Shown: positions 48,998 through 58,816, counted from the stretch's first letter. The stretch is 64,000 nt of DNA from Flavobacteriales bacterium TMED84 (GCA_002172655.2 NHEL02000013.1:18572-82571); one strand, 5' to 3'. The notes: generated by a model not told the origin, from the sequence alone. A program made the numbers and translations.

Positions 48998-49687
48998 ATG
49001 AAATTTGGCATTGTAACATTTCCAGGATCAAATTGTGATCAAGACCTGCATCATGTGTTAAGAAATGTGCTTAGTCAAGATACTATTTGCTTATGGCACA
49101 AGGACGTTGACTTACAAAACTGTGATGTTATTGTTCTGCCTGGTGGATTTTCCTATGGAGATTATTTAAGATCTGGAGCCATTGCTAAATTTTCCAAAAT
49201 AATGAATTCTATAATTAACTTTGCAAATAGGGGTGGTTTTGTAATTGGAATATGTAATGGATTTCAAATATTATGTGAATCAAAATTATTGCCTGGAGCG
49301 TTGTTACAAAATGACAGTCATAAGTTTATTTGTAAAAATACTTATCTCAGCGTAACTTCTAATTCATCACGATTTACATCAAATTATTCTTTAAATCAAG
49401 TAATAAAAGTTCCAGTTGCGCATGGTGAGGGAAGATATCATGCTGATGAAAATACTCTAAACTCTTTGAAAGAAAATGATCAGATTATTTTTCAATACTG
49501 TAATAGTAAAGGGGAAATTGATATGAGCAGCAATATTAATGGCTCAGCTCTTAACATAGCTGGCATTTGTAATAAAAACAGAAATGTTTTTGGGATGATG
49601 CCTCATCCCGAGAGAGCATCAGATTCAGAGCTTAATAACACTGACGGAATAAATTTCTTTTTAAGTGCAATAGAATCAATTACTTAA
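48998..49687 (+). CDS. purQ: Phosphoribosylformylglycinamidine synthase subunit PurQ (glutaminase)
   Basis: 229 aa with a class I glutamine amidotransferase triad (GICNGFQ nucleophile Cys, MPHPER His/Glu). Confidence 0.93.
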   Translation: MKFGIVTFPGSNCDQDLHHVLRNVLSQDTICLWHKDVDLQNCDVIVLPGGFSYGDYLRSGAIAKFSKIMNSIINFANRGGFVIGICNGFQILCESKLLPGALLQNDSHKFICKNTYLSVTSNSSRFTSNYSLNQVIKVPVAHGEGRYHADENTLNSLKENDQIIFQYCNSKGEIDMSSNINGSALNIAGICNKNRNVFGMMPHPERASDSELNNTDGINFFLSAIESIT

Positions 49688-49706
49688 TAACATTGTTAAA
49701 AAATCT

Positions 49707-49997
49707 GTTTTAAAAATTCCAATCGCTCATACAGAAGAAAGGTTTTATGCTGATGACGAAACAATTAATAATTTAATTAAAAATGACCAAATTATTTTTG
49801 AATAATGTAATAAAGATGGAACTATGAATAATGAGTTTAATCCGAAAGGATTTCTACTAAACATAGCAGGGATTTGTAATAAAGAACGTAATGTTTTTGG
49901 CATGATGCTGCACACAGAAAGAGCAGCTGACACTAATATATCTAATGAAGACGGAAAGTTTTTATTTGATAGTCTTATAAAAAACTTTAAACCCTAA
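49707..49997 (+). pseudogene. Degenerate duplicate of the C-terminal third of purQ, with an in-frame TAA at 49803-49805
   Basis: The translation is VLKIPIAHTEERFYADDETINNLIKNDQIIFE*CNKDGTMNNEFNPKGFLLNIAGICNKERNVFGMMLHTERAADT...FKP*. It aligns residue for residue with PurQ VIKVPVAHGEGRYHADENTLNSLKENDQIIFQYCNSKG...LNIAGICNKNRNVFGMMPHPERASDS. It is in a different frame from purQ and has no N-terminal Cys domain. Confidence 0.8.
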
Positions 49998-50388
49998 CTA
50001 AACATACATATTTCTATTTTATAAACTAGAGATATATCAATAATATGAGTTATGAAAAATGCATTTTTTACATATTTTTTTTGTAACTCTGTGAAATCCA
50101 TTTTGTTTTTTTTAACAATTTAAGTTGATAAATATTTTTGTTTTTTTCGCACACAAAATTGGACTTTTGAATTATAAATTAAATATTTGCGGTGTTGTTT
50201 ATCAATATTCCACTTTGCTAAATATATCTCTGCCATTGAGGTAAATTAATTTAGTGAGTTGGGCACCAATTTTTATAAAACGTATTTGATTATTAGCAAT
50301 AAATTGTTAATAAAGAAACAAAACGTGTTATTTATAAATCTTGTTAAGTTGTAAATTTAAATTGTTGAAATTTATTTAAGTACTCATT

Positions 50389-50460
50389 ATGCAAAGCAAA
50401 GAAATTATGCAATCAAAGGAAATTATGCAATCAAAGGAAATTATGCAAATCAAAGAAATT
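50389..50460 (+). repeat. 18-bp tandem repeat x4 (ATGCAAWSMAARGAAATT), each unit encoding M-Q-[SI]-K-E-I
   Basis: The units lie at 50389-50406, 50407-50424, 50425-50442 and 50443-50460. Units 2 and 3 are identical, and all are in frame with nrdB. Confidence 0.95.
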
Positions 50461-51717
50461 TTTAAGCGCAATCACACCAAAATGGCATTTCAAATTGAAA
50501 AGATTACAGAGGCAGTATTAAAAGCAATGCTATCGGTGAAAAATGGATCTCCTAAAGATGCAGAAGAAATTGCAAACAAAGTTTGCTTCAATTTAAATGA
50601 AAGAAGAGCTAGTATCCCGAACTACGTTCCAAATGTTGAAGAGATTCAAGACCTAGTTGAACAAACTTTAATGAAAAGTGAGTTTTTAGATGTTGCAAAA
50701 GCATATATATTGTACAGAAACATTCAGGCGAAAAAAAGACAAAGAAATATTTTTGAAAGAAGAATTACTCTCAAACCTTTTGAGTATCCAGAACTCTACG
50801 AATATGTTCCTGCTATTAGACATTCATATTGGATTCATACAGAGTTTAATTTCACAAGCGATGTTCAAGATTTTAAAACACATTTAACTGAGATTGAAAG
50901 AAATGCAATTAAAAATGCCATGCTAGCAATTTCTCAAATTGAAGTTGCTGTAAAAAGTTTTTGGGGAGATATTTATCACAAAATCCCTAAGCCAGAAGTT
51001 GGTGCTGTTGGTTCTACTTTTGCTGAAAGCGAAGTTAGACATACAGATGCATATTCACACTTGCTTGAAATATTGGGCCTAAATACAGAGTTTAAAAATT
51101 TGAAAAAGAACCCTGTGATAATGAAAAGAGTTCGCTATTTGGATGCGGCACTTGTTAGTTCAAAAAGTGAAAACGACAAAGAATACACTGAAGCAATATT
51201 ATTGTTCTCACTATTTATTGAACATGTATCTTTATTTTCACAATTTTTAATAATAATGGCCTTTAACAAGCATAAAAATATGCTTAAGGGGATTTCTAAT
51301 GTTGTAGAAGCTACGTCAAAAGAAGAACAAATTCATGGAGATTTTGGTATTGATTTAATTAATATAATTAGAAAAGAAAATCCACAATGGTTTGACGTCA
51401 AGTACGAGTTTAAGGTACAAAATATGTGCAAAACCGCATATGAAGCTGAAAGCGCAATTGTAGACTGGATTTTTGAAAAAGGAGAGGTTGATTTCTTGCC
51501 AAAAAATCAAATTAAAGAATTTATAAAAGATAGATTTAACAGATCATTATCGAGCATTGGAGTTAAAGAAGTATTTGAAACAGATTCAAATATATTAAAT
51601 GAAACCGAATGGTTTAATGATGAAATTATCGGAACCAAACATGTTGATTTTTTTGTTAAACGATCTATTAATTACAGCAAAAAAACCCAAAGTATAACCG
51701 CTCAAGACTTATTTTAA
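50389..51717 (+). CDS. nrdB: Ribonucleotide reductase beta subunit with an N-terminal ATP-cone (class Id-like NrdB). The start may be any of four repeat ATGs, the last at 50443.
   Basis: The N-terminal ~95 aa match the ATP-cone pattern (IFKRNHTKMAFQIEKITEAVLKA...VEEIQDLVEQTLM...VAKAYILYR). The ferritin-like core has metal ligands (QIEVAV, ESEVRH followed by Y at +4, FIEHVSLFSQF, EEQIHGDF). Confidence 0.88.
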   Translation: MQSKEIMQSKEIMQSKEIMQIKEIFKRNHTKMAFQIEKITEAVLKAMLSVKNGSPKDAEEIANKVCFNLNERRASIPNYVPNVEEIQDLVEQTLMKSEFLDVAKAYILYRNIQAKKRQRNIFERRITLKPFEYPELYEYVPAIRHSYWIHTEFNFTSDVQDFKTHLTEIERNAIKNAMLAISQIEVAVKSFWGDIYHKIPKPEVGAVGSTFAESEVRHTDAYSHLLEILGLNTEFKNLKKNPVIMKRVRYLDAALVSSKSENDKEYTEAILLFSLFIEHVSLFSQFLIIMAFNKHKNMLKGISNVVEATSKEEQIHGDFGIDLINIIRKENPQWFDVKYEFKVQNMCKTAYEAESAIVDWIFEKGEVDFLPKNQIKEFIKDRFNRSLSSIGVKEVFETDSNILNETEWFNDEIIGTKHVDFFVKRSINYSKKTQSITAQDLF

Positions 51718-51720
51718 GAT

Positions 51721-53514
51721 ATGCAAAAAACCAAACCAGATTTAGCAAAAAACCAATCTTTGGCAAACAAAAAAAATTCAGATTATGGGTACCTACTTGA
51801 CGCAAGATCAAAAGAAGTAACCGCAAAAAAAGAAAATGCTGGTTTTGACTGGTTAACTGAACATAGTAGAAATTTTTTAGCAGCAGGGTATGTTACAGAA
51901 GGTGTTAAAGCAGAAGAAAGAATTAGAGAGATTGCCAACAGAGCCGAAGAAATATTAAAGTTACCTGGATTTAGCGATAAATTTTTTAACTATATGGAAA
52001 AGGGCTATTATTCCCTTTCGTCACCTGTGTGGTCAAATTTTGGAAAAAAAAGAGGGCTGCCTATCAGCTGTTTTGGGTCGAATATTGCCGACGACATGGG
52101 CAATATTTTATACACCCAATCAGAAGTAGGTATGATGTCAAAACTTGGTGGAGGAACATCTGGATATTTTGGTAATATAAGACATCGAGGAGCAAGTGTT
52201 AAAGACAATGGTGAAGCGTCCGGTTCGGTACACATTATGCAATTGTTTGAAACTATGGTTGATGTGGTTAGTCAGGGGTCCGTTCGTCGGGGTCGTTTTT
52301 CTCCCTATTTACCAGTTGAACATCCAGACATTTTAGAATTCCTTGACATTGGAACTGAAGGGAATCCAATACAAGAACTTACTCACGGTGTTTCTGTTAC
52401 TGACAAATGGCTTAAAGAAATGATTGATGGTGATGTGGAAAAGCGTAATATTTGGGCGAAAGTACTTCAAAGGAGAGGGGAAATTGGCTACCCTTATATA
52501 TTTTTTAAAGATAATGCTAACAATGGGGCTCCAGAAGTTTATAAGAAGAACAACTACACAGTAAATGCAAGTAATTTATGTACTGAGATAATGTTGCCGT
52601 CAAATGATGAGTGGTCTTTTGTTTGCTGCCTTTCATCTCTTAATGCTTTACATTATGACGACTGGAAAAACACAGACGCCGTTGAAACTATGATATATTT
52701 TTTAGACGCAGTAATAAGTGAATTTGTTGAAAAACTAGATGTCTATAAAGATTCTTCCGACTTAGACGATCAACAAACCTTTTTGTTCATGAAAAGAGCT
52801 TACAATTTTGCAAAAGATCATAGGGCCTTAGGTTTAGGGGTATTAGGTTGGCACTCATTATTACAATCTAAGATGTTGTCCTTTAACAGTCAAGATGCTT
52901 ATAACTTAAATTCAGAAATATTTAAATTTATAAAAATCAAATCCTATGAAGCATCAGCAAAATTAGCAGAAATATACGGAGAGCCCAAAGTGTTAAAAGG
53001 ATTTGGAAGAAGAAACACAACATTAAATGCTATTGCTCCAACAACATCATCTGCTTTCATTCTTGGACAAGTTTCTCAAGGAATTGAGCCTATTTGGTCA
53101 AATATTTATGTTAAAGATATCGCAAAAACCAAATCAACAATTAAAAACCCCTTTTTGGTTAAATTGCTTGAAGAAAAAGGGAGAAACACACAAGATATAT
53201 GGCGAAATATTAGAGATAAAGACGGTTCGGTTCAGCATTTAGATTTTTTATCTGATCATGAAAAAGACGTGTTTAAAACCTATGCTGAAATAGATCAAAT
53301 GGATATAATTTATCAAGCTGCCAATAGACAGAACCACATTGACCAAGGACAGTCAGTGAACCTTATGGTCCACCCAAGCATGCCTACAAAAGATATAAAT
53401 AAATTATATATAACAGCATGGAAACTTGGTTTAAAATCTTTATACTATCAACATAGTATGAATGCAGCACAACAATTTAAACAAAAAAAAGAATGTGCTT
53501 CCTGCGAAGCCTAA
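51721..53514 (+). CDS. nrdA: Ribonucleotide reductase alpha subunit, short form without an ATP-cone (class Id-like NrdA)
   Basis: 597 aa with catalytic blocks (SSPVWSNFG, PISCFGS, NLCTEI, APTTSSAF) and a C-terminal redox Cys pair (CASCEA). There is no N-terminal ATP-cone. Confidence 0.9.
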   Translation: MQKTKPDLAKNQSLANKKNSDYGYLLDARSKEVTAKKENAGFDWLTEHSRNFLAAGYVTEGVKAEERIREIANRAEEILKLPGFSDKFFNYMEKGYYSLSSPVWSNFGKKRGLPISCFGSNIADDMGNILYTQSEVGMMSKLGGGTSGYFGNIRHRGASVKDNGEASGSVHIMQLFETMVDVVSQGSVRRGRFSPYLPVEHPDILEFLDIGTEGNPIQELTHGVSVTDKWLKEMIDGDVEKRNIWAKVLQRRGEIGYPYIFFKDNANNGAPEVYKKNNYTVNASNLCTEIMLPSNDEWSFVCCLSSLNALHYDDWKNTDAVETMIYFLDAVISEFVEKLDVYKDSSDLDDQQTFLFMKRAYNFAKDHRALGLGVLGWHSLLQSKMLSFNSQDAYNLNSEIFKFIKIKSYEASAKLAEIYGEPKVLKGFGRRNTTLNAIAPTTSSAFILGQVSQGIEPIWSNIYVKDIAKTKSTIKNPFLVKLLEEKGRNTQDIWRNIRDKDGSVQHLDFLSDHEKDVFKTYAEIDQMDIIYQAANRQNHIDQGQSVNLMVHPSMPTKDINKLYITAWKLGLKSLYYQHSMNAAQQFKQKKECASCEA

Positions 53515-53515
53515 C

Positions 53516-54538
53516 TTGACAAAACTAATATTTTCGACAGCTGTTGTTTATCTATCAGCTTGCGCTAATGTCATCCCACCTAGTGGAGGACCGCTGGACA
53601 AAGAGCCTCCACGTTTAGTTTCTAATGAAATATTAGTAGATAATAATAAACTAAAAAAAGTAGACTTACTATTTGATGAGAATATATCATTAAATAACTG
53701 GAACCAAAACTTTTATATATCTCCTCCTAGCGAATGTATAATTAAAAAAAATGTAAATAAAAGAATACTTAGTATATACTTTGAGCCATATTTTTTAATT
53801 GAACATAACTATAAATTAAGCTTATCAAATGTTGTAAAAGACTATAACGAAGGTAATGTTTTAGACTCACTTGAGATTAAGTCCAAAAATGTTTACAATA
53901 ATACTTTTAAAGGAACCCTAAAATGTGTCTACGATGATATACCACTTCAAAATCATTGGATAACTCTTTATCGTAAAAGTATTTCTGACTCTTTAATTTT
54001 TAAAGAATTACCATCATATATCACAAAATCTGATGAAAATGGAGAGTTTAAATTTGAGGACGTAAAACCTGGCAGTTACAAGCTTCTTTCAATAGAAAAT
54101 AACTTTAACTTTTATGATTATAAAGTTTATGTGTCTTTTAGTGACGACTATTATCTAGTTCATGACTCCTCTTTTATCAGCACTCATCTAAATGCATATA
54201 ATTCTGAACTTTCTTTCAAAAATGATTCAGTAATTAATGACACTCTTAAAACAAATAATCAAATTATTGTTAATCTTAACAAAGACAAAAATTTAATCGT
54301 AGAACTTTACAATAATCAAAAATTGATAAAACGCGAGCAAGTAATTAATAAAGCTTGTACACTTAGTAATCTTAAAAAAGGGGAATATAGTTTAAAATAT
54401 TTTATCGATTTAGATTCGAATCAAATTTTCAGCAATGGCAGCTTTTTAAAAAAGCAAGCTGAAATAAAATTAAGTTATAAAAAAAGTATTAACGTACTAG
54501 AAAATTGGTCTACAGAAGTTGACTTAATTATTGACTAA
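53516..54538 (+). CDS. Ig-like (Big_5/SbsA-type) domain lipoprotein. The start is uncertain: the ORF track gives ATG 53462 inside nrdA, and TTG 53516 is preferred.
   Basis: It has a lipobox (VVYLSAC) followed by the PPSGGPLDKEPPRLV motif typical of Bacteroidetes Ig-like lipoproteins. The in-frame TTG lies 2 nt after the nrdA stop. Confidence 0.6.
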   Translation: MTKLIFSTAVVYLSACANVIPPSGGPLDKEPPRLVSNEILVDNNKLKKVDLLFDENISLNNWNQNFYISPPSECIIKKNVNKRILSIYFEPYFLIEHNYKLSLSNVVKDYNEGNVLDSLEIKSKNVYNNTFKGTLKCVYDDIPLQNHWITLYRKSISDSLIFKELPSYITKSDENGEFKFEDVKPGSYKLLSIENNFNFYDYKVYVSFSDDYYLVHDSSFISTHLNAYNSELSFKNDSVINDTLKTNNQIIVNLNKDKNLIVELYNNQKLIKREQVINKACTLSNLKKGEYSLKYFIDLDSNQIFSNGSFLKKQAEIKLSYKKSINVLENWSTEVDLIID

Positions 54539-55296
54539 CACCTATCTTCCAGAAAAGGATATTTTAACCTATATTTTTTTAAGTTATTTAAATCGATTTG
54601 AAAAACTAAATAATCGCCTTCATTACTCTGGTTATGTAAGTCATCGCCAGTAAAGCTTATCAACCTTGAGTGCCCTGGGTAATTAATATTATTTTCATCG
54701 TCATATCCATTTCTGTTAACTCCGATAACAAATGATTGGTTTTCAACGGCTCTTGCAGGCAATAATAAGTCCCATGCATTAATTCTTTGAATCGGCCAAT
54801 TTGCAACATATACTATTATGTCAAACACATCGTCTTTTGTTAATACTGGAAATCTTAAGTCATAACAAATTTGTGGACAAATGTTCCAATCTTTATACTT
54901 AAATGATTTTATTTCAGTACCTGGGGTAATGTATTTATCTTCATTTGCAATAGAAAATAAATGAAGTTTATCATAGGTGTGTGTGATATCTTTTACATTG
55001 TCGTAAAAAATAAACCTATTGAAAATATTTTCATTTTCTTTAACCATTAAACTGCCACAAATTGCACACTGTTTTTCTCTTGCTAATGTCTTCATCCATA
55101 AAATTGAAGGATTATTTTTAAAGTCATAAATATTTTTAGGAGGAAAGTTAAATCCCGTATCAAAGGTCTCAGGTAGTACTATTAAATCAATATTTATTAA
55201 ATTTTTTAATTTATTGTAAATATTGTCAATGTTTTGATTTATGTCAGGACCTATGATTCCTGATTCTACTAGACAAACATCCAGCTTTGAACTCAT
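54535..55296 (-). CDS. Carbon-nitrogen hydrolase family protein (omega-amidase, YafV-like)
   Basis: 253 aa with the nitrilase-superfamily E-K-C triad context (LIVLPETF, YDKLHLF, ICPQICYDLRFP). Confidence 0.8.
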   Translation of the reverse strand: MSSKLDVCLVESGIIGPDINQNIDNIYNKLKNLINIDLIVLPETFDTGFNFPPKNIYDFKNNPSILWMKTLAREKQCAICGSLMVKENENIFNRFIFYDNVKDITHTYDKLHLFSIANEDKYITPGTEIKSFKYKDWNICPQICYDLRFPVLTKDDVFDIIVYVANWPIQRINAWDLLLPARAVENQSFVIGVNRNGYDDENNINYPGHSRLISFTGDDLHNQSNEGDYLVFQIDLNNLKKYRLKYPFLEDRC

Positions 55297-55299
55297 TAT

Positions 55300-56049
55300 T
55301 TACTGAGATTTATATTTTGCTTTTAAAAATTCTCTGTTTAGTCTAGCGATATTATCTAGTGATATTCCTTTTGGACAAACTACTTCACAAGCTCCAGTAT
55401 TCGTGCAATTACCGAAACCCTCCTCATCCATTTGTTTAACCATGTTTAACACCCTGTCTGTGGCTTCAACTTTTCCTTGTGGCAGTAATGAGTACTGTGA
55501 TACTTTAGCAGATACAAACAGCATTGCCGAGGCATTTTTACAAGTAGCAACGCATGCAGCACAACCAATACATGTTGCAGCATCAAATGCTTTATCAGCA
55601 TCTTTTTTTTCTATAGGAATTGCATTGGCATCTTGAGTGTTTCCTGATGTATTTACCGATATATAGCCTCCAGCATGTTGAATTCTGTCAAATGCTGACC
55701 TATCAACAACCAAATCCTTAATAACAGGAAATGGTTTTGCTCTAAATGGTTCTATAAAAATGGTATCACCATCATTGAACTTTCTCATGTGTAACTGACA
55801 AGTTGTAACTAATCTATCAGGACCATGAGCTTGTCCATTTATAAACATAGAGCATGAACCACAAATACCTTCTCTACAATCATGATCAAAAGCTACTGGA
55901 TCTTCATTTCTGTTAATCAGCTCCTCATTTAGAACATCCATCATCTCTAAAAAAGACATATCTGGTGTGATATCAGAAATTTCATAGTCTCTTAATTCAC
56001 CTTTAGATTTATTGTTTTCTTGTCTCCAGATTTTTAAATTTAGTTTCAT
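55300..56049 (-). CDS. sdhB: Succinate dehydrogenase/fumarate reductase iron-sulfur subunit
   Basis: 249 aa with 2Fe-2S (CREGICGSC...C) and 4Fe-4S/3Fe-4S Cys clusters ([23 protein letters not shown]). Confidence 0.92.
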   Translation of the reverse strand: MKLNLKIWRQENNKSKGELRDYEISDITPDMSFLEMMDVLNEELINRNEDPVAFDHDCREGICGSCSMFINGQAHGPDRLVTTCQLHMRKFNDGDTIFIEPFRAKPFPVIKDLVVDRSAFDRIQHAGGYISVNTSGNTQDANAIPIEKKDADKAFDAATCIGCAACVATCKNASAMLFVSAKVSQYSLLPQGKVEATDRVLNMVKQMDEEGFGNCTNTGACEVVCPKGISLDNIARLNREFLKAKYKSQ

Positions 56050-56050
56050 C

Positions 56051-58063
56051 TTATTTATATGATCTTGTTTTAAGTTCTACATTTTTAAATGTTAATTCTT
56101 CTTTATGTAAAATTGCTTCTGATGGCTTTCCATTGTATTCCCAAGCTGAAACAAAGTTGTATTTTTCATCATTTCTCAAAGCCTCACCTTCTTTTGTTTG
56201 ATGCTCTTCTCTAAAATGACCACCACATGACTCCTCTCTATCAAGAGCATCTTTTGCAAACAATTCTCCCAGTTCCAAAAAGTCTGCAACTCTTAAAGCT
56301 TTTGAGAGTGTTTCATTAAATCCTTTATTTTTTCCTGCAACATTTACACTTTTATAAAACTCTTTTCTTAACTCTTTAACTTCTTGAATAGCTTCCTCTA
56401 AACCTTTTTTATTTCTTGCCATACCACATTTGTTCCATATTACCTTTCCTAACTTTTTATGAAAATAATCTACTGTTTTACTTCCTTTAGTGGATAATAA
56501 TTTTTCTATTTTTTCTTCAACAGATTTTTGAGCCTCTTCAAATTCCTTAGTGTCAGTGGAAATTGGACCAGTTCTGATGTCATCAGATAAGTAGTCACCT
56601 ATTGTGTAAGGAAGCACAAAATAACCGTCAGCTAAACCTTGCATAAGTGCTGATGCTCCGAGCCTATTTGCTCCATGATCAGAAAAATTTGCTTCACCAA
56701 TTGCGAAGCATCCAGGGATAGTTGTCATCAAATTATAATCAACCCAAACTCCTCCCATTGTATAATGTACAGCTGGGTATATCATCATTGGTGTCTCATA
56801 TGGATTTTGATCTACAATTTTTTCATACATCTGAAATAGATTTCCATATTTTGATTTTACAATTTCTTTTCCAAGCTTTTCAATAAGATCTTTATTCTCA
56901 GTATCTAAATTTTTTATTTGAGCTTGCTCTTTTCCATATCTTATTATGGCATCATAAAAGTCTAAATAAACTGCCTCACCAGTTTTATTTACTCCATATC
57001 CAGCATCGCACCTTTCTTTTGCTGCTCTTGAAGCAACATCTCTTGGGACAAGATTGCCAAATGCAGGATATCTTCTTTCCAAATAGTAATCTCTGTCTTC
57101 TTCTTTTAGATCAGTAGGTTTTAGGCTTCCTTCTCTAATTTTCTTGGCATCCTCTTTTGATTTTGGCACCCATATTCTTCCGTCATTTCTCAAAGACTCT
57201 GACATTAAAGTAAGCTTTGATTGATAATCTCCCGAAACTGGAATGCATGTTGGGTGAATTTGAGTGAAGCAAGGATTGGCAAAAAAAGCTCCTTTTCTAT
57301 GTATCTTCCATGAGGCTGTTACATTACTTCCCATAGCATTAGTTGATAGGTAAAAAAGATTTCCATATCCTCCAGAAGCTATTACAACAGCATGAGCTGA
57401 ATGTCTTTCTATTTCACCAGTAACCAAGTTTCTAGTAATAATTCCTCTTGCCTTTCCATCAACAATTACAAGTTCTAACATTTCATGTCTGCTATACATT
57501 TTTATCTTTCCTCTCGAAATTTGTCTGTTCATCGCTGAATATGCACCAAGTAGTAATTGCTGGCCCGTTTGACCTTTTGCATAAAATGTTCTAGAAACCA
57601 GAACTCCACCAAATGATCTATTATCTAATAGTCCTCCATAATCTCGGGCAAATGGTACTCCTTGAGCAACACATTGATCAATGATATTAGCAGATACCTC
57701 GGCAAGTCTATACACATTTGATTCTCTGGACCTATAATCCCCTCCTTTAATGGTATCGTAGAACAATCGGTATGTAGAGTCTCCATCTCCTTGGTAGTTC
57801 TTTGCTGCATTTATACCTCCTTGAGCCGCTATAGAGTGTGCTCTTCTTGGAGAGTCTTGAAAACAAAATGATTTCACATTATATCCAAGCTCAGCTAGAG
57901 TTGCAGATGCAGAACCTCCAGCTAGTCCAGTACCAACAACAATAACATCGATTAATCTTTTGTTTGCAGGGCTGACCAGATTAATTTCATTTTTGTGTCT
58001 TTCCCATTTTCCTGCTAAATCTCCAATGGGTTCTTTTGAATGTAAAAACTTTTTGTTTGCCAT
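56051..58063 (-). CDS. sdhA: Succinate dehydrogenase/fumarate reductase flavoprotein subunit
   Basis: 670 aa with an FAD dinucleotide fold ([11 protein letters not shown]), the covalent-FAD His block ([14 protein letters not shown]) and the catalytic block HYTMGG. Confidence 0.94.
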   Translation of the reverse strand: MANKKFLHSKEPIGDLAGKWERHKNEINLVSPANKRLIDVIVVGTGLAGGSASATLAELGYNVKSFCFQDSPRRAHSIAAQGGINAAKNYQGDGDSTYRLFYDTIKGGDYRSRESNVYRLAEVSANIIDQCVAQGVPFARDYGGLLDNRSFGGVLVSRTFYAKGQTGQQLLLGAYSAMNRQISRGKIKMYSRHEMLELVIVDGKARGIITRNLVTGEIERHSAHAVVIASGGYGNLFYLSTNAMGSNVTASWKIHRKGAFFANPCFTQIHPTCIPVSGDYQSKLTLMSESLRNDGRIWVPKSKEDAKKIREGSLKPTDLKEEDRDYYLERRYPAFGNLVPRDVASRAAKERCDAGYGVNKTGEAVYLDFYDAIIRYGKEQAQIKNLDTENKDLIEKLGKEIVKSKYGNLFQMYEKIVDQNPYETPMMIYPAVHYTMGGVWVDYNLMTTIPGCFAIGEANFSDHGANRLGASALMQGLADGYFVLPYTIGDYLSDDIRTGPISTDTKEFEEAQKSVEEKIEKLLSTKGSKTVDYFHKKLGKVIWNKCGMARNKKGLEEAIQEVKELRKEFYKSVNVAGKNKGFNETLSKALRVADFLELGELFAKDALDREESCGGHFREEHQTKEGEALRNDEKYNFVSAWEYNGKPSEAILHKEELTFKNVELKTRSYK

Positions 58064-58067
58064 TTTT

Positions 58068-58724
58068 TTAATGCATTAAATGATGATATATAGCAATAAA
58101 TGCAAAGCCGAACGGAACTACTATTGCAAATATTTTTCCAAGTATATTTATTTGATTTGCATATTTTCTATCAGTTCCAACACTTTGAAAAGAAGAGCTA
58201 AAGCCATGAAGCAGATGTAGTGACAAGAAAATAAAAGATATAACGTAAAGACCTACACGAACTGGATTATGAAACTTATGTACCAATTCTTCATAATATC
58301 TATTAGGGTCTTGGGGCAAGAAATTTATGTATTTATATTGCATTTCTGGCACCCAAAAATCATAAAAGTGTAAAAACAAAAAAGAAAGGACTACTAATCC
58401 TGAAACAATCATATTTCTTGAAACCCATGATGAGTTTTCTGAGCCCTTGAAGTACTGGTATCTGCTTTTTCTTGATGATCTGTTCTGTATCTCTAACACA
58501 AAACCCATCACAAAGTGAAAAACTACACCAAAAATTAAAATTGGTTGTAATATAAACTGCACTAAAAAATTTGTTCCCATGAAATGTGAGAATGTATTAA
58601 AGATGCTTTCACTAAAAACAGAAGTTATATTTATTGTAAAATGCTGGAGTAAAAAAATCATTAAAAACATACCAGAAACTGCCATGAGGATTTTTTTAAT
58701 AATCGAAGAATTGGTATTTACCAT
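58068..58724 (-). CDS. sdhC: Succinate dehydrogenase cytochrome b subunit (Bacteroidetes/b558 type)
   Basis: 218 aa with 5 TM helices and conserved His residues. It is the first gene of the sdhCAB order typical of Bacteroidota. Confidence 0.8.
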   Translation of the reverse strand: MVNTNSSIIKKILMAVSGMFLMIFLLQHFTINITSVFSESIFNTFSHFMGTNFLVQFILQPILIFGVVFHFVMGFVLEIQNRSSRKSRYQYFKGSENSSWVSRNMIVSGLVVLSFLFLHFYDFWVPEMQYKYINFLPQDPNRYYEELVHKFHNPVRVGLYVISFIFLSLHLLHGFSSSFQSVGTDRKYANQINILGKIFAIVVPFGFAFIAIYHHLMH

Positions 58725-58728
58725 TATG

Positions 58729-58736
58729 CAAATTTA
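58729..58736 (-). promoter_or_regulatory. Candidate -7 promoter box (TAaaTTTG on the minus strand) for sdhC
   Basis: The + strand reads caaattta, whose reverse complement is TAAATTTG. It ends 4 nt before the sdhC ATG at 58724. Confidence 0.4.
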
Positions 58737-58808
58737 AACCACAGAACTTAAATTAGCAACAATAATTATATGAATTCAGCCAATAGAGAAAAAAATATTT
58801 AAGTAAAC

Positions 58809-58816
58809 TATATTTG
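58809..58816 (+). promoter_or_regulatory. Candidate -7 promoter box (TAtaTTTG) for pepP
   Basis: Exact TAnnTTTG match 16 nt upstream of the ATG at 58833. Confidence 0.4.

Noticed and set aside
49745-49933. 62-aa minus-strand ORF in the purQ-nrdB spacer.
   Set aside because: It lies antisense to the purQ-like remnant, whose + strand translation aligns colinearly with PurQ. The minus ORF has no recognisable features.
50000-50388. A cobalamin riboswitch or NrdR boxes upstream of the RNR operon.
   Set aside because: I found no B12-box-like core (AGYCMGGAGACCKGCC-type) and no 16-bp ACACWATATATWGTGT-type palindromes. Only weak partial resemblances appear (gccattg, cacacaaaattgg), and the region is too AT-rich to support the conserved GC-rich helices.
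50389-50460. Whether the 18-bp tandem repeats could be a CRISPR array or mini-array.
   Set aside because: The units are contiguous with no spacers, only 18 bp long, in frame with nrdB, and each encodes the same hexapeptide. No cas genes are present in the window.
53462-53515. The ATG 53462 start for the Ig-like lipoprotein, 53 nt inside nrdA.
   Set aside because: The extra 18 residues precede a normal signal or lipobox. An in-frame TTG at 53516, immediately after the nrdA stop, gives a standard lipoprotein N-terminus. The call remains uncertain and was not treated as a finding.
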